A stretch of DNA of 64,000 bases from the NCBI GenBank assembly GCA_963740355.1, contig CAVUDW010000002.1:832001-896000 (forward strand). The letters are read 5' to 3'. The stretch comes from an uncultured Gemmatimonadaceae bacterium. GTDB lineage: Bacteria > Gemmatimonadota > Gemmatimonadetes > Gemmatimonadales > Gemmatimonadaceae. A program made the position numbers and the translations under genes. The notes below the pieces were generated by a model that saw nothing but the letters and a program-made list of their open reading frames with translations, was not told the origin of the DNA and did not search any database. Positions 1 through 9,086 of this stretch are shown piece after piece. The stretch's first letter is position 1. Each line of letters opens with the position of its first letter.

Positions 1-522
1 GAGCGACTTCTCCGCGTGAATCAACGCACGGTTCTGCGGCTGCAGAAAACCAGCGGCCACGGCACCATCGAGCAATCGCAGCATCGGGTCCCAGAATCCC
101 TGCGCATCCAGCAACCCGATCGGCTTCTGCGCGATCTGGAGCTGCGACCAGGTCAGCGCCTCGAACAACTCGTCGAAGGTGCCGAATCCTCCTGGGAGCG
201 CGATCACGGCATCGCTGAGGACGGACATACGCGCCTTGCGCTCGTGCATCGAGTCGACGATCTCGAGCACGGTGAGGCCCTTGTGAGCGATCTCACGCTC
301 GGCGAGGCCCTTCGTCAGGACACCGACGACCTCGCCCCCTGCCTCAAGCGCGCCGTCAGCGAGCGCCCCCATGCACCCGACAGCGGCGCCACCATACACC
401 ACGCCGATGCCGCGCCGCGCCAGTTCATGGCCGAGCTCACGTGCGGCTGCCATGAATCTGGGATCGGACCCGGGTGAGGATCCGCAGTAAACGGCTATCC
501 GTCGAATACGTGAGTTCGCCAT
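1..522 (-). CDS. LOG family (TIGR00730-type) nucleoside monophosphate phosphoribohydrolase; runs off the window edge
   Basis: Not in the ORF track. Manual translation from ATG at 522 gives MANSRIRRIAVYCGSS...VYGG...GCMG...MHERK...PGGFGTFDE, which includes the LOG PGGxGTxxE motif. Confidence 0.9.
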   Translation of the reverse strand, partial: MANSRIRRIAVYCGSSPGSDPRFMAAARELGHELARRGIGVVYGGAAVGCMGALADGALEAGGEVVGVLTKGLAEREIAHKGLTVLEIVDSMHERKARMSVLSDAVIALPGGFGTFDELFEALTWSQLQIAQKPIGLLDAQGFWDPMLRLLDGAVAAGFLQPQNRALIHAEKSL

Positions 523-604
523 TTGGGGTAGTGCGAAGTGAGGAGCAGACGTGCTCCTGACATTCTACCTCCCCGCACTGGCGCGTCGAGCGCTGACGCC
601 GCAA

Positions 605-1594
605 TCAGATCACGCGATTCCGCTCGAAGATCAGGTTTCGCGGAGTGATTCGCCATTCGTAGTTGCGGTACAGCGGCGCCCCGCCGTTCACCGATCGATC
701 GACGCGTTCCACTCGAATGCGGGCGCGAACGACGACCGATACTATGCGGTCGTAGTCGTTGGTGGTGTCGGCATCGAAGCCGTTGGCCTGCGGGCGTTCC
801 AACCCATTCGTGAACTGCAGGCGCGTGCTGAACATGTCCACCCCGCGCGCGGTGATCGAGGTGCGCAGCTGTCCGTCGGGCGTGAAGCCTTCCGCGCGCA
901 CGAGGGTATTGGTGGCGCTGTTGCGGTACCAGGCAGTGACACTCAGGCGCTGCACTGCGACGCCGTTGCGGGTGAGGCGCAATCCACCGGTGAGGCCGGC
1001 CGGGTAGACGAACAATGTGTCGGCATTTGAGAAGGTCACCTGCTTCACGCCGGTGCCGCCTGAGACGACATTGGTGACGACGATCAGCCGGCGTTCGTTC
1101 TGCACCTGCAGTAGTGCCACATCGCCGGCGTGAATCTGGAATGGCACGGTGTTGGGATCGACGATGTCGATGCAGGTTGCGCCGCATGTTCCGCCCGGCG
1201 GCAACGGGTCGGTGGTGTCGGCCGGCGTGACCATGTCATACACCTCGGCCTGATTCGGCAGGAACGGCACCGAGACGGCGACCACGGTGTCACCACGGGT
1301 GGCGACACTGCCGAAGATCGGCGTCGATTCGAAAGCGACGCCGGCATCCTGGATGTCACGCGACACGGCAAGGCCAACGAAGCGCGCATCGCGATTGAGC
1401 CCGTCGCGCATGTCGATGCCGCGGCTGGACCGCAGTGTGGCTGACGCGAAGTTGGCCGAGATGGCAAGGATGATCACGCCCAGCACCATCGAGACGAGCA
1501 ACTCGATCAGTGTGAAGCCAGGGCGCGCAGGCGTTGAATCGACATGGGCACGCGGCGACCGCGTATCACGCGGCACTGCTGGGAGCGTCGTCAT
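605..1594 (-). CDS. PilW-like minor pilin with prepilin cleavage/methylation site
   Basis: G|FTLIELLVSMVLGVIIL motif; last gene of a four-pilin operon. Confidence 0.85.
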   Translation of the reverse strand: MTTLPAVPRDTRSPRAHVDSTPARPGFTLIELLVSMVLGVIILAISANFASATLRSSRGIDMRDGLNRDARFVGLAVSRDIQDAGVAFESTPIFGSVATRGDTVVAVSVPFLPNQAEVYDMVTPADTTDPLPPGGTCGATCIDIVDPNTVPFQIHAGDVALLQVQNERRLIVVTNVVSGGTGVKQVTFSNADTLFVYPAGLTGGLRLTRNGVAVQRLSVTAWYRNSATNTLVRAEGFTPDGQLRTSITARGVDMFSTRLQFTNGLERPQANGFDADTTNDYDRIVSVVVRARIRVERVDRSVNGGAPLYRNYEWRITPRNLIFERNRVI

Positions 1595-1596
1595 GG

Positions 1597-2034
1597 TCAG
1601 ATCGGCGCCATGGTGCCACCGCGGTACATGTTCGTCATCAACCGGATCGGTGCTGGCATGCGCGGGCCCGTCACGATCACTTCGAGCGTGAGCAGGTTGG
1701 CGCGATCGACGGTCACGCGCAGCTCTCGCGTGAACTCGCCGGTGAGGAGCGCGAGTTCGCCGCTGCCGTCGACACGCACGACGGGTTCATTGCTCAGGCT
1801 CCACGGATCGCGCCCACGCACGCGTTCGAGGTAGCTGCGTGCAACATTGAGCGCGGCGCTGCGCGAGGTGGACTGCGTTTGTGATCGGAGACGGGCGGTG
1901 TTCGCCGCACCGATGGCCATCACGCCAGTCGCGAGCAGCACGACCGCCACCATCAGTGACAGCAGGGCAAATCCAGGGCGTTGCGACACCGCGTGCTTCG
2001 CAACAATCGGTGTTCCACGACGATGTGTCATCAT
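1597..2034 (-). CDS. PilV-like minor pilin
   Basis: G|FALLSLMVAVVLL hydrophobic helix (Ser at +5); ATGA overlap with the upstream stop at 2031-2034. Confidence 0.75.
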   Translation of the reverse strand: MMTHRRGTPIVAKHAVSQRPGFALLSLMVAVVLLATGVMAIGAANTARLRSQTQSTSRSAALNVARSYLERVRGRDPWSLSNEPVVRVDGSGELALLTGEFTRELRVTVDRANLLTLEVIVTGPRMPAPIRLMTNMYRGGTMAPI

Positions 2035-2573
2035 TGCCAGGTGCCATCCACCCAACGCCAGACCCGCACGTTGGCAGCAGGGTTGATTTCGACGGCGCTC
2101 ACCGCGGTGTGGTCGGTGTCGTATGAGAGGTACAGGATCGTGCTGGCGCCGAACGGTTCTGTGGTGCCACGTGCGCCAAACTGCACACGTCGCGGGCCGG
2201 TGGGTGGGGTACCGGCGGTATCGGGTGGGATGGGTGGTGCTGCGCCGCGGCCAAACACCACGTGCTGGCCGAGGATCCGACTGTTCATGGAGCCGAACGC
2301 CGTCTGCTCGCTGGCGGTCTCGTTGATGACGGTGTCACGGTTCTGGTCGAGAAACGATTGCCAGAGCGTGTCGGTGATCACCACGCGAACGATCGAGCGC
2401 GTGGCATAGGCGCGGGTGCGAGCGAGGTCGAGATCCTGCGCCAGGAGACGCGTGTTCTGCTCCACCTGGCCGTGCGGAGACGGGCGAAGGCGTGGGGCTG
2501 CGATCGACGTCATGATGCCGAGCAGCACCAGCACGATCAGCATCTCGATGAGTGATGTGCCGCGCCGCGACAT
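2031..2573 (-). CDS. FimT/GspH-like minor pilin
   Basis: RRG|TSLIEMLIVLVLLGI motif; LDLARTRA helix; C-terminal VRVWRW.DGTW. Confidence 0.85.
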   Translation of the reverse strand: MSRRGTSLIEMLIVLVLLGIMTSIAAPRLRPSPHGQVEQNTRLLAQDLDLARTRAYATRSIVRVVITDTLWQSFLDQNRDTVINETASEQTAFGSMNSRILGQHVVFGRGAAPPIPPDTAGTPPTGPRRVQFGARGTTEPFGASTILYLSYDTDHTAVSAVEINPAANVRVWRWVDGTWQ

Positions 2574-4360
2574 CAGAACACGTTACGGTAGGAGATCTGC
2601 AGCACCGAGCCGAGACGCGGTGTGCCAGGGGGCAGCAGCATCGGGTTCCGGAATCGTGACTCGAAGCTCCAGTTACGAACCGGTGCGTTGTAATAGGCGC
2701 GGCCGCCGTTGAGGGAATGGCCCCACACGCGCTGCGATTGCTGGCTGACGAACAGCGACACCAGCGAGCCAGTGTAGTTGAAGGGCGTTCCGCCAACGCC
2801 GCCGCCCCAATCCTCGAGGAAGCGCGGGAAGTTCTCCAACCCACCGCCGTACTGCTGCGGCGACCCGCAGATGCGGGCGTCACAGGGCGTCTCTGAATTG
2901 CCGGCCAGCAAGGCAGCCCAGACGCTGGTGGCGGCGTAGGTGCGCGGGCGCGGGAAGGTCGTGGACGCGGCATCGGTCCAGCTGTTCGAGAGGAACGATG
3001 CAACATCGGAGATCAATGCGGCCGGCTTCCAGTTCACGGTGTTGTAGTCACCCTTCACGTAGAGCGCCGCGTTGGTGGTGATCGTCAGGCCACCTGGTTC
3101 ACCCGCCGTTGGCGGCGGTGGAAGCTCGGTGCCGTTGCGGATGCGAATGGCGGGGTAGTCACGGTTCGCGTCAGTCGTATCGCGTCCCTGGAACTCGACG
3201 TAGATGATGCTCACCTGTCGATCGGTCGGGTTCACGTTGACGAAGGTGCGGAGCGCGCTCATGTCGAGTTCGAGCACATCCGGGCGGCGCATTTCGCGTC
3301 CGTCGTAGAAGGCATTGCGCACGAACTGGAAGATCGCGGGGCACGATGCTCCGAGTGGCACGCGTCCACCGGCGCGAATGAATGTCGCGTCGGCACAGAT
3401 GTTCGAGAGCGAGTTGGCGACGTTGACGACGATGCGCAGGTCGGCCTTGTTGGCCATGCGCACGTTCGCGACATCGGGTGAGTCGCCGCCCTGCGCCGGG
3501 AGGATCAACTCGCGCGGGTCCATGCCACCGGGCAACGGCAGGCGCAGCGGACGCACACCGCTCACCCGACTGCGGAGCCGTCCGTTGAACTTCAGGTTGC
3601 TGCGGGTGACGAACGTCGCGCCGGGTGCGCTGCGACTGTCGAAGTCGAGCGGCACCAGGATGCTGGCGTTGTTGGCGATATTGACGCCGGCAAGCGTGGT
3701 CGGCGTGTCCTTGCGAGACCAGAAGACGCTGTCGGCAGCGGTCATCTGGTTGAGGTAGTTCGCGTTGGCGGAGCTGAGGTACAGGTGCCGATTCGAGTGC
3801 ACCCAGCCCGCGAACGTCATTGGCGGACCGTTGTTGATCTCGAGGTCGCGATCGTAGAAGACGCCGAACTGGAAGATCGGCACCGACTGCACCGAGACAC
3901 CCAGTTCGATCGAGGCGCGACTGTGTGTCGCGTCTTCGGCGTCGATGCGGACGCTCATCGGTTGTTCGAGGGCGAAGAGCCCGGCGAAGGCGCCGCGGGT
4001 GATGATGCGATTCACCGGCTGACCGACGATCTGCGTCTGCTGGGTGAAGGTGAACCCGGGCAGCGAGGGCGTGGTGAGGCTGGTGATGTCGCCGGGGGTG
4101 ATGATTCCATCACCCATGGCGGCGTCCAGCTGGGCCATGACCTGGTCGCCGGCGCCTTCCGCGGCGTAGGCCACGCGGGTGGCCTTCACGTCGACACCCG
4201 ACGTCCTCGTGTAGACCGCGATGGCTGCGGTTGCGACGCCGATCAGTGCTCCGAACAGCACCAGCAGGAGTAGCGTGGACTCGAGGGCGAAGCCTCGACG
4301 GACGACCTGCACGTACGCATGAACGTCAAACCGGCGGCGGCTCGAACGGAAACGCGACAT
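2573..4360 (-). CDS. Large PilX/GspK-like pilin with a big C-terminal domain
   Basis: RRG|FALESTLLLL (no Glu+5); AYAAEGA PilX-type motif; C-terminal GGLENFPRFLEDW...YYNAPVRNW; GGAG RBS upstream of the ATG. Confidence 0.8.
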   Translation of the reverse strand: MSRFRSSRRRFDVHAYVQVVRRGFALESTLLLLVLFGALIGVATAAIAVYTRTSGVDVKATRVAYAAEGAGDQVMAQLDAAMGDGIITPGDITSLTTPSLPGFTFTQQTQIVGQPVNRIITRGAFAGLFALEQPMSVRIDAEDATHSRASIELGVSVQSVPIFQFGVFYDRDLEINNGPPMTFAGWVHSNRHLYLSSANANYLNQMTAADSVFWSRKDTPTTLAGVNIANNASILVPLDFDSRSAPGATFVTRSNLKFNGRLRSRVSGVRPLRLPLPGGMDPRELILPAQGGDSPDVANVRMANKADLRIVVNVANSLSNICADATFIRAGGRVPLGASCPAIFQFVRNAFYDGREMRRPDVLELDMSALRTFVNVNPTDRQVSIIYVEFQGRDTTDANRDYPAIRIRNGTELPPPPTAGEPGGLTITTNAALYVKGDYNTVNWKPAALISDVASFLSNSWTDAASTTFPRPRTYAATSVWAALLAGNSETPCDARICGSPQQYGGGLENFPRFLEDWGGGVGGTPFNYTGSLVSLFVSQQSQRVWGHSLNGGRAYYNAPVRNWSFESRFRNPMLLPPGTPRLGSVLQISYRNVF

Positions 4361-4545
4361 ACCACACTCCAGAGGCAGACTCGACCAGTGGACGATGGAC
4401 GTGGGACACTGGTAACAGCCGAGTCTGGCTCTGGATTGTGGTCGTACGATTTGGGGTCGGTCGAAGTGGGGCGCTGCGGGTCGCTGGGTCGGGCGGCTCC
4501 AGGTGGGGTAGGCAGGTCAACTGTCGTTCCGTGCCCATCCATAAG

Positions 4546-4590
4546 GCAGAGCTCGCGCCAGTCGGGTTCTGCCTTGTTAAGTCGTTGCTG
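4546..4590 (-). promoter_or_regulatory. Putative sigma-54 promoter with adjacent IHF-like site for pilin operon 1
   Basis: Minus-strand TGGCGCG-AGCT-CTGC (4560-4546) has GG-N10-GC spacing; CAGCAACGACTTA (4590-4578) resembles WATCAANNNNTTR. Confidence 0.4.
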
Positions 4591-4745
4591 TTGTGTGAGT
4601 TGCGTCTGAATCACACCGCAGGAACTCATTGCTTTCATGCAGCGATTCGCCAGAACTCATGCGATCTGCGGCACGTGGCTCGACCGACAATGGATGACGT
4701 CGTCATTCGCATTTCAGTGGATGAGTTCGCTGCCATCGGGCGCGC

Positions 4746-5156
4746 CGATCAAGGGGGCAGAGATCTTGATGCGGCCTTTCCGGGGTTCCGCGATCAAGGG
4801 GTCAGAGATCTTGATCCGGCCAATTCCGCCTTAACCGGTTGACTCGTATGGGCTTATGCTTCGATCAAGATCTCTGACCCCTTGATCGGTGGTTAAGCTG
4901 TTGTCCCGCAATGGCTTAAGCCACCTAAAACGCCGATCAAGATCTCTGACCCCTTGATCGCAGCAGGCACTTGAGGCCAGAAAACGCCGATCAAGATCTC
5001 GGACCCCTTGATCGGAGCCCAAGTCGTTGCCCAGCAGGCACTTCAGGCCAGAAATCACCGACTAAGATCTCTGACCCCTTGATCGGAGCGTAAGTCCTTG
5101 CCAGACAGGGACTTCAGGCCAGAACACGCCGATCAAGATCTCTGACCCCTTGATCG
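4746..5156. repeat. REP/BIME-like array: 7 copies of 27-bp CGATCAAGATCTCTGACCCCTTGATCG
   Basis: Reverse copies at 4746 and 4791; forward copies at 4862, 4934, 4988, 5059 and 5130; 8-bp self-complementary ends; linkers of 18/44/45/27/44/44 nt. Confidence 0.9.
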
Positions 5157-5180
5157 GGCACGCGGCGGGGCCGCTTGGAC

Positions 5181-6731
5181 CTACGGCGCTGCCGGCGCTT
5201 CCTCGCGGGGGAACAATGCGGCACCCTTGGTCACCTTCCAGCCGGTTGGGTCGACGGCCGCGAGGGTCGGCCAGGGCCGCGCGTGCACGCTGCCGGGCCC
5301 GCCAAGGGCCTCCCAGAGCGCCTGCGCCTTGGTAGGCATGAATGGCGCGATGGCGATGGCCTGACGCGCCAGCGAGGCGCCCAGATCGCCTAGCACGCCA
5401 AGGAGCCGGCCGCGTTCTTCCGGGACTTTGGCTAGGGCCCAGGGCTGGGACGACTGCACGAATTCATTGGCGCGGGCCACCGTCTTCCAGATCGACGTCA
5501 GGCCTTCATGCAGCATGTAGCCGCGCGAGCCATCCATGGCGCTAGCCGCTTCGGACAGGTCGGCGAGGTCGGCGCTCGCCAGCTCTGAACCCGAGGCGGC
5601 AGCTGGGATCACACCGTCGTTGTACTTCTCGATCATCGACGTGACGCGACTGGCGAGGTTGCCGAAGGCGTTGGCGAGATCGGAGTTGTAGCGCTCACCG
5701 AAGCGTTCCCACGAGAAGCTGCCGTCGCCGTCGAAGGGAATTTCGCGCAGCAGGAAATAGCGGAAGGCATCGCTGCCGAACCGAGCGATGGCTTCACCGA
5801 GATCGAGCTTCACGCCTGCGCTCTTGCTGAAGCGTTCGCCGCCGAGCAGCACGAAGCCGTGACCCCAGACGCGTTCCGGCAGCGGCAACTGCGCCGCCAT
5901 CAGCATCGCGGGCCAGATCACGCAGTGAAAACGGGTGATGTCCTTGCCGATCACGTGCACCTGCGCCGGCCACCGAGTTTCCCAGCCGTCCTGATCGGGG
6001 AAGCCGGTCCCGGTGAGGTAGTTCGGCAGCGCGTCGAACCAGACGTACGTCGCCTGCGCCTGTCCATCGCTCGTTGGACGTGGGAAGGGCACGGCCCACG
6101 AATTCCGCGAGCGGCTGGCCGACACGTCTTCCAGCCCGGTGTCGAGCAGCCCAAGGATTTCGTTCCGACGACTCGACGGTTGCACGAAGTTCGGCACACT
6201 CTCGATCAGTGCGCGCAGCTGTTCGGCGTAGGCTGAGAGGCGGAAGAACCAGTTGCGCTCTTCCACCCACTCGAGGTCGCGTGTGGGATGCAGGACGCAG
6301 CGCTTGTCGATGATCTCGGCGTCCGTCTTGAACGCCTCGCACCCTACGCAATACCAGCCGGCGTAACTCTTTTCGTAGAATGCGTCCGGGGTGCGCTCGA
6401 AGATGCGCTCGATCAGCGCCTGCACACCCGCCTTGTGGGTGGGTGACGTGGTGCGGATGAACTGGTCATTCGAGATCTGCAGCGTGGTCCACATCGCCTG
6501 GAAGTGCTGGGCGATCTCGTCCACGAAGGACTGCTCCGACACGCCGGCAGCGGCCGCCGTCTGCGCGACCTTCTGCCCATGTTCGTCCATCCCGATCATG
6601 AAGTGCACATCACGGCCAAGCTGGCGCTGCACGCGGGCGATGGCGTCGGCGCCAATCTTTTCGAAGGCGTGACCGATATGCGGGTCACCATTCGCGTAGT
6701 CGATGGCGGTGGTGATGTAGAAGCGCGACAC
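5181..6731 (-). CDS. metG: Methionine--tRNA ligase
   Basis: FYITTAIDYANGDPHIGH, YVWFDAL, IGKDI, RFSKS (KMSKS variant); GTG start at 6731. Confidence 0.95.
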   Translation of the reverse strand: MSRFYITTAIDYANGDPHIGHAFEKIGADAIARVQRQLGRDVHFMIGMDEHGQKVAQTAAAAGVSEQSFVDEIAQHFQAMWTTLQISNDQFIRTTSPTHKAGVQALIERIFERTPDAFYEKSYAGWYCVGCEAFKTDAEIIDKRCVLHPTRDLEWVEERNWFFRLSAYAEQLRALIESVPNFVQPSSRRNEILGLLDTGLEDVSASRSRNSWAVPFPRPTSDGQAQATYVWFDALPNYLTGTGFPDQDGWETRWPAQVHVIGKDITRFHCVIWPAMLMAAQLPLPERVWGHGFVLLGGERFSKSAGVKLDLGEAIARFGSDAFRYFLLREIPFDGDGSFSWERFGERYNSDLANAFGNLASRVTSMIEKYNDGVIPAAASGSELASADLADLSEAASAMDGSRGYMLHEGLTSIWKTVARANEFVQSSQPWALAKVPEERGRLLGVLGDLGASLARQAIAIAPFMPTKAQALWEALGGPGSVHARPWPTLAAVDPTGWKVTKGAALFPREEAPAAP

Positions 6732-6808
6732 GAGAAATCCGGTGATGTGCGAATGATGTGCGAACACGAACGACGGCGACGCCAGACCTGGCGCGCCCGA
6801 ACTGCAAG

Positions 6809-8083
6809 CTACTGCGGCGTGGCGGGTGGTTCGTCGCTGCCGGGTGGCCGATTGCCGCGCCCGCGTCGCCCACCGCGGCGTCCACGACGGCGACGACGCT
6901 TGGGCGCCTCACCGGTGATGGGATCGACAGCGCCCGTGGCCTCGTCACCGTCGTCGGCACTGTCGCTGTCATCGTCATCCAGCTCGCCGTCGGCATCGGC
7001 AACCACGGGTACACTGACCGGCGTCTTGACGCGCGGCGGTGGTGGTGCCGGTGGCGTTGGTGCCGACGCCGGTGCGACGGGTGCAGCGGCCGCTGGTGCC
7101 GATGCGGTTGGCAACACTGGCAACTTGCGATCAGATGGCGGAACGCGTGTGCGATCGGTGAGCGTCGGGGCGTCGTCGAATGGCAGCACGCCTTCCTCGG
7201 CCATCTCCCGGGCATCGGCGATGCTGTATTCCTCGGTCACGCCAGGCGTCCAGCCCGACGTTTCGCGACGCAATTCGAGCAGCGTCACGATGCGCGACTC
7301 GCCATCCGGCGCCCGCAGCGTCACCCGATCGTGGAAGATGTCGTTCAGCATCACCTTCTCCTCACCCTTCGAGGTGGTGATGATCTTGCCTTCCTTCGGG
7401 AAACGCTTGCGGCTCTGCACGTAGAACTCGTGTTCATAGCGCAGGCAACACATCAGCCGTCCGCAGGCACCGCTGATCTGCGTCGGATTGAGCGACAGCT
7501 TCTGGTCCTTCGCCACGCCGAGGTTCACCGGGCGCAGGTCAGGCAGCCAGGACGCCGAGCAGTACTGCCGTCCACAGCGACCGATGCCATCCAGTCGCTT
7601 GGCTTCATCGCGCACACCGATCTGCTTCAACTCGATGCGCGCCTTGAAGGTCGCGGCGAGGTCGCGCACCAGCGTGCGGAAATCGACGCGCTTTTCAGCG
7701 GTGAAGTACAGGGTCAGCTTGCGACGATCGAACTGCCACTCGGCGTCGGTGAGCTTCATCTGCAGGCTCAGCGCACGCACCTGCGCCATCGCGGCCCGGC
7801 GCGTCAGTTCGTTCTCTTCCACCAATGCTTCGGCGCGCCGCACTTCCTCGCGCGTGGCGAGGCGGATGACGCGCTTGGTCGCTTCACCGACGAGCGCACC
7901 GTGCGCCACGCCGGCAAACCGCTTCTCGGCGAATTCGCCGGTCGCGTGCACCTGCCCGAGATCTTCACCGCGATCGCCCTCGACGATGACGTGCGCCGGG
8001 GGCGCAGGAGGCGGTACGACATCCTCCCACTTGAAGAACTCCTTCCGGTTGCCCTTGAAGGCAACCTCGATCAGGTCCGACAT
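6809..8083 (-). CDS. PSP1/RicT (YaaT-like) protein with a long disordered C-terminal tail
   Basis: RVDFR..V, IELKQIGVRDEA, GRCGRQYC, ISGACGRLMCCLRYE. Confidence 0.9.
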   Translation of the reverse strand: MSDLIEVAFKGNRKEFFKWEDVVPPPAPPAHVIVEGDRGEDLGQVHATGEFAEKRFAGVAHGALVGEATKRVIRLATREEVRRAEALVEENELTRRAAMAQVRALSLQMKLTDAEWQFDRRKLTLYFTAEKRVDFRTLVRDLAATFKARIELKQIGVRDEAKRLDGIGRCGRQYCSASWLPDLRPVNLGVAKDQKLSLNPTQISGACGRLMCCLRYEHEFYVQSRKRFPKEGKIITTSKGEEKVMLNDIFHDRVTLRAPDGESRIVTLLELRRETSGWTPGVTEEYSIADAREMAEEGVLPFDDAPTLTDRTRVPPSDRKLPVLPTASAPAAAAPVAPASAPTPPAPPPPRVKTPVSVPVVADADGELDDDDSDSADDGDEATGAVDPITGEAPKRRRRRGRRGGRRGRGNRPPGSDEPPATPQ

Positions 8084-8096
8084 CTATTCCTGACGC

Positions 8097-9065
8097 TCAG
8101 CCGATGAACTGGCCCATGCGCAGGAACTTCTCGCGGCGGCGGCGCACGAGCTTCTCCGGACGCAGGCCACGGAGGTCGTCGAGCAGGCGGACGAGTGTCG
8201 ACTTGAGCGTGGCAGCGGCGGCATCATGGTTGGTGTGCGCACCACCTTCGGGTTCCGGCACGATCTCGTCGATCACGCGAAGCTCGACGAGGTCCGGCGC
8301 GGTGATGCGCAACGCCTTGGCAGCCTTCTCCTTGGCTTCGACGGACTTGTTGTCCTTCCAGAGGATCGCGGCGCAGCCTTCGACCGAGATCACGGAATAG
8401 ACGGCGTTCTCGAGCATCAGCACTCGATCCGCAACGCCAAGTGCCAGCGCGCCACCAGACCCACCTTCGCCGATGACCGTGGCGATGATCGGCACGGCGA
8501 GTTGACTCATCTCGAAGATGTTGCGCGCGATGGCTTCGCTCTGCCCGCGCTCTTCGGCACCGAGCCCTGGCCAGGCGCCCGGCGTGTCGATGAAGGTCAA
8601 CACGGGTACCTGGAACTTCTCGGCCAGCTTCATGAGACGCAGCGCCTTGCGATAGCCCTCTGGATGCGGCATCGCGAAGTTGCGCTTCAGGTTGTCCTTG
8701 GTGTCACGACCACGCTGATGACCGATGATCATCACCGTCTCACCTTCCAGCCGTGCCCAACCGCCAACGATCGCGGCGTCCTCGCGGAAGGCACGATCGC
8801 CGTGCAGCTCGATGAAGTCGGTGAAGATCCGTTCGATGTAATCGAGCGTGAAGGGCCGCATCTTGAAGCGGGCCACCTCGACGCGCTGCAGTGGAGTGAG
8901 CTGCTTGTAGATCTCCTTGCGGAGCTCGGTCAGGCGCTTCTCCAGCGGTTCGATCTCGAGCGCCACACCGAACGACGCGTCACCGGCCAGACGCTTGAGG
9001 TCGTCGATGCGCTGTTCGAGTTCGGCGATGGGCTTTTCGAACTCCAGCGCTGCAGCAGTTGCCAT
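8097..9065 (-). CDS. accA: Acetyl-CoA carboxylase carboxyltransferase alpha subunit
   Basis: LEFEKPI, PEGYRKALRLM, IDTPGA, GEGGSGGAL. Confidence 0.97.
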   Translation of the reverse strand: MATAAALEFEKPIAELEQRIDDLKRLAGDASFGVALEIEPLEKRLTELRKEIYKQLTPLQRVEVARFKMRPFTLDYIERIFTDFIELHGDRAFREDAAIVGGWARLEGETVMIIGHQRGRDTKDNLKRNFAMPHPEGYRKALRLMKLAEKFQVPVLTFIDTPGAWPGLGAEERGQSEAIARNIFEMSQLAVPIIATVIGEGGSGGALALGVADRVLMLENAVYSVISVEGCAAILWKDNKSVEAKEKAAKALRITAPDLVELRVIDEIVPEPEGGAHTNHDAAAATLKSTLVRLLDDLRGLRPEKLVRRRREKFLRMGQFIG

Positions 9066-9086
9066 GTTCTGATCTCCTCAGCGCGC

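Noticed and set aside
16..477. 153-aa plus-strand ORF
   Set aside because: Antisense shadow of the LOG-family gene
4746..5156. CRISPR array
   Set aside because: Repeats switch orientation, linkers resemble each other and vary from 18 to 45 nt, and no cas genes are in the window
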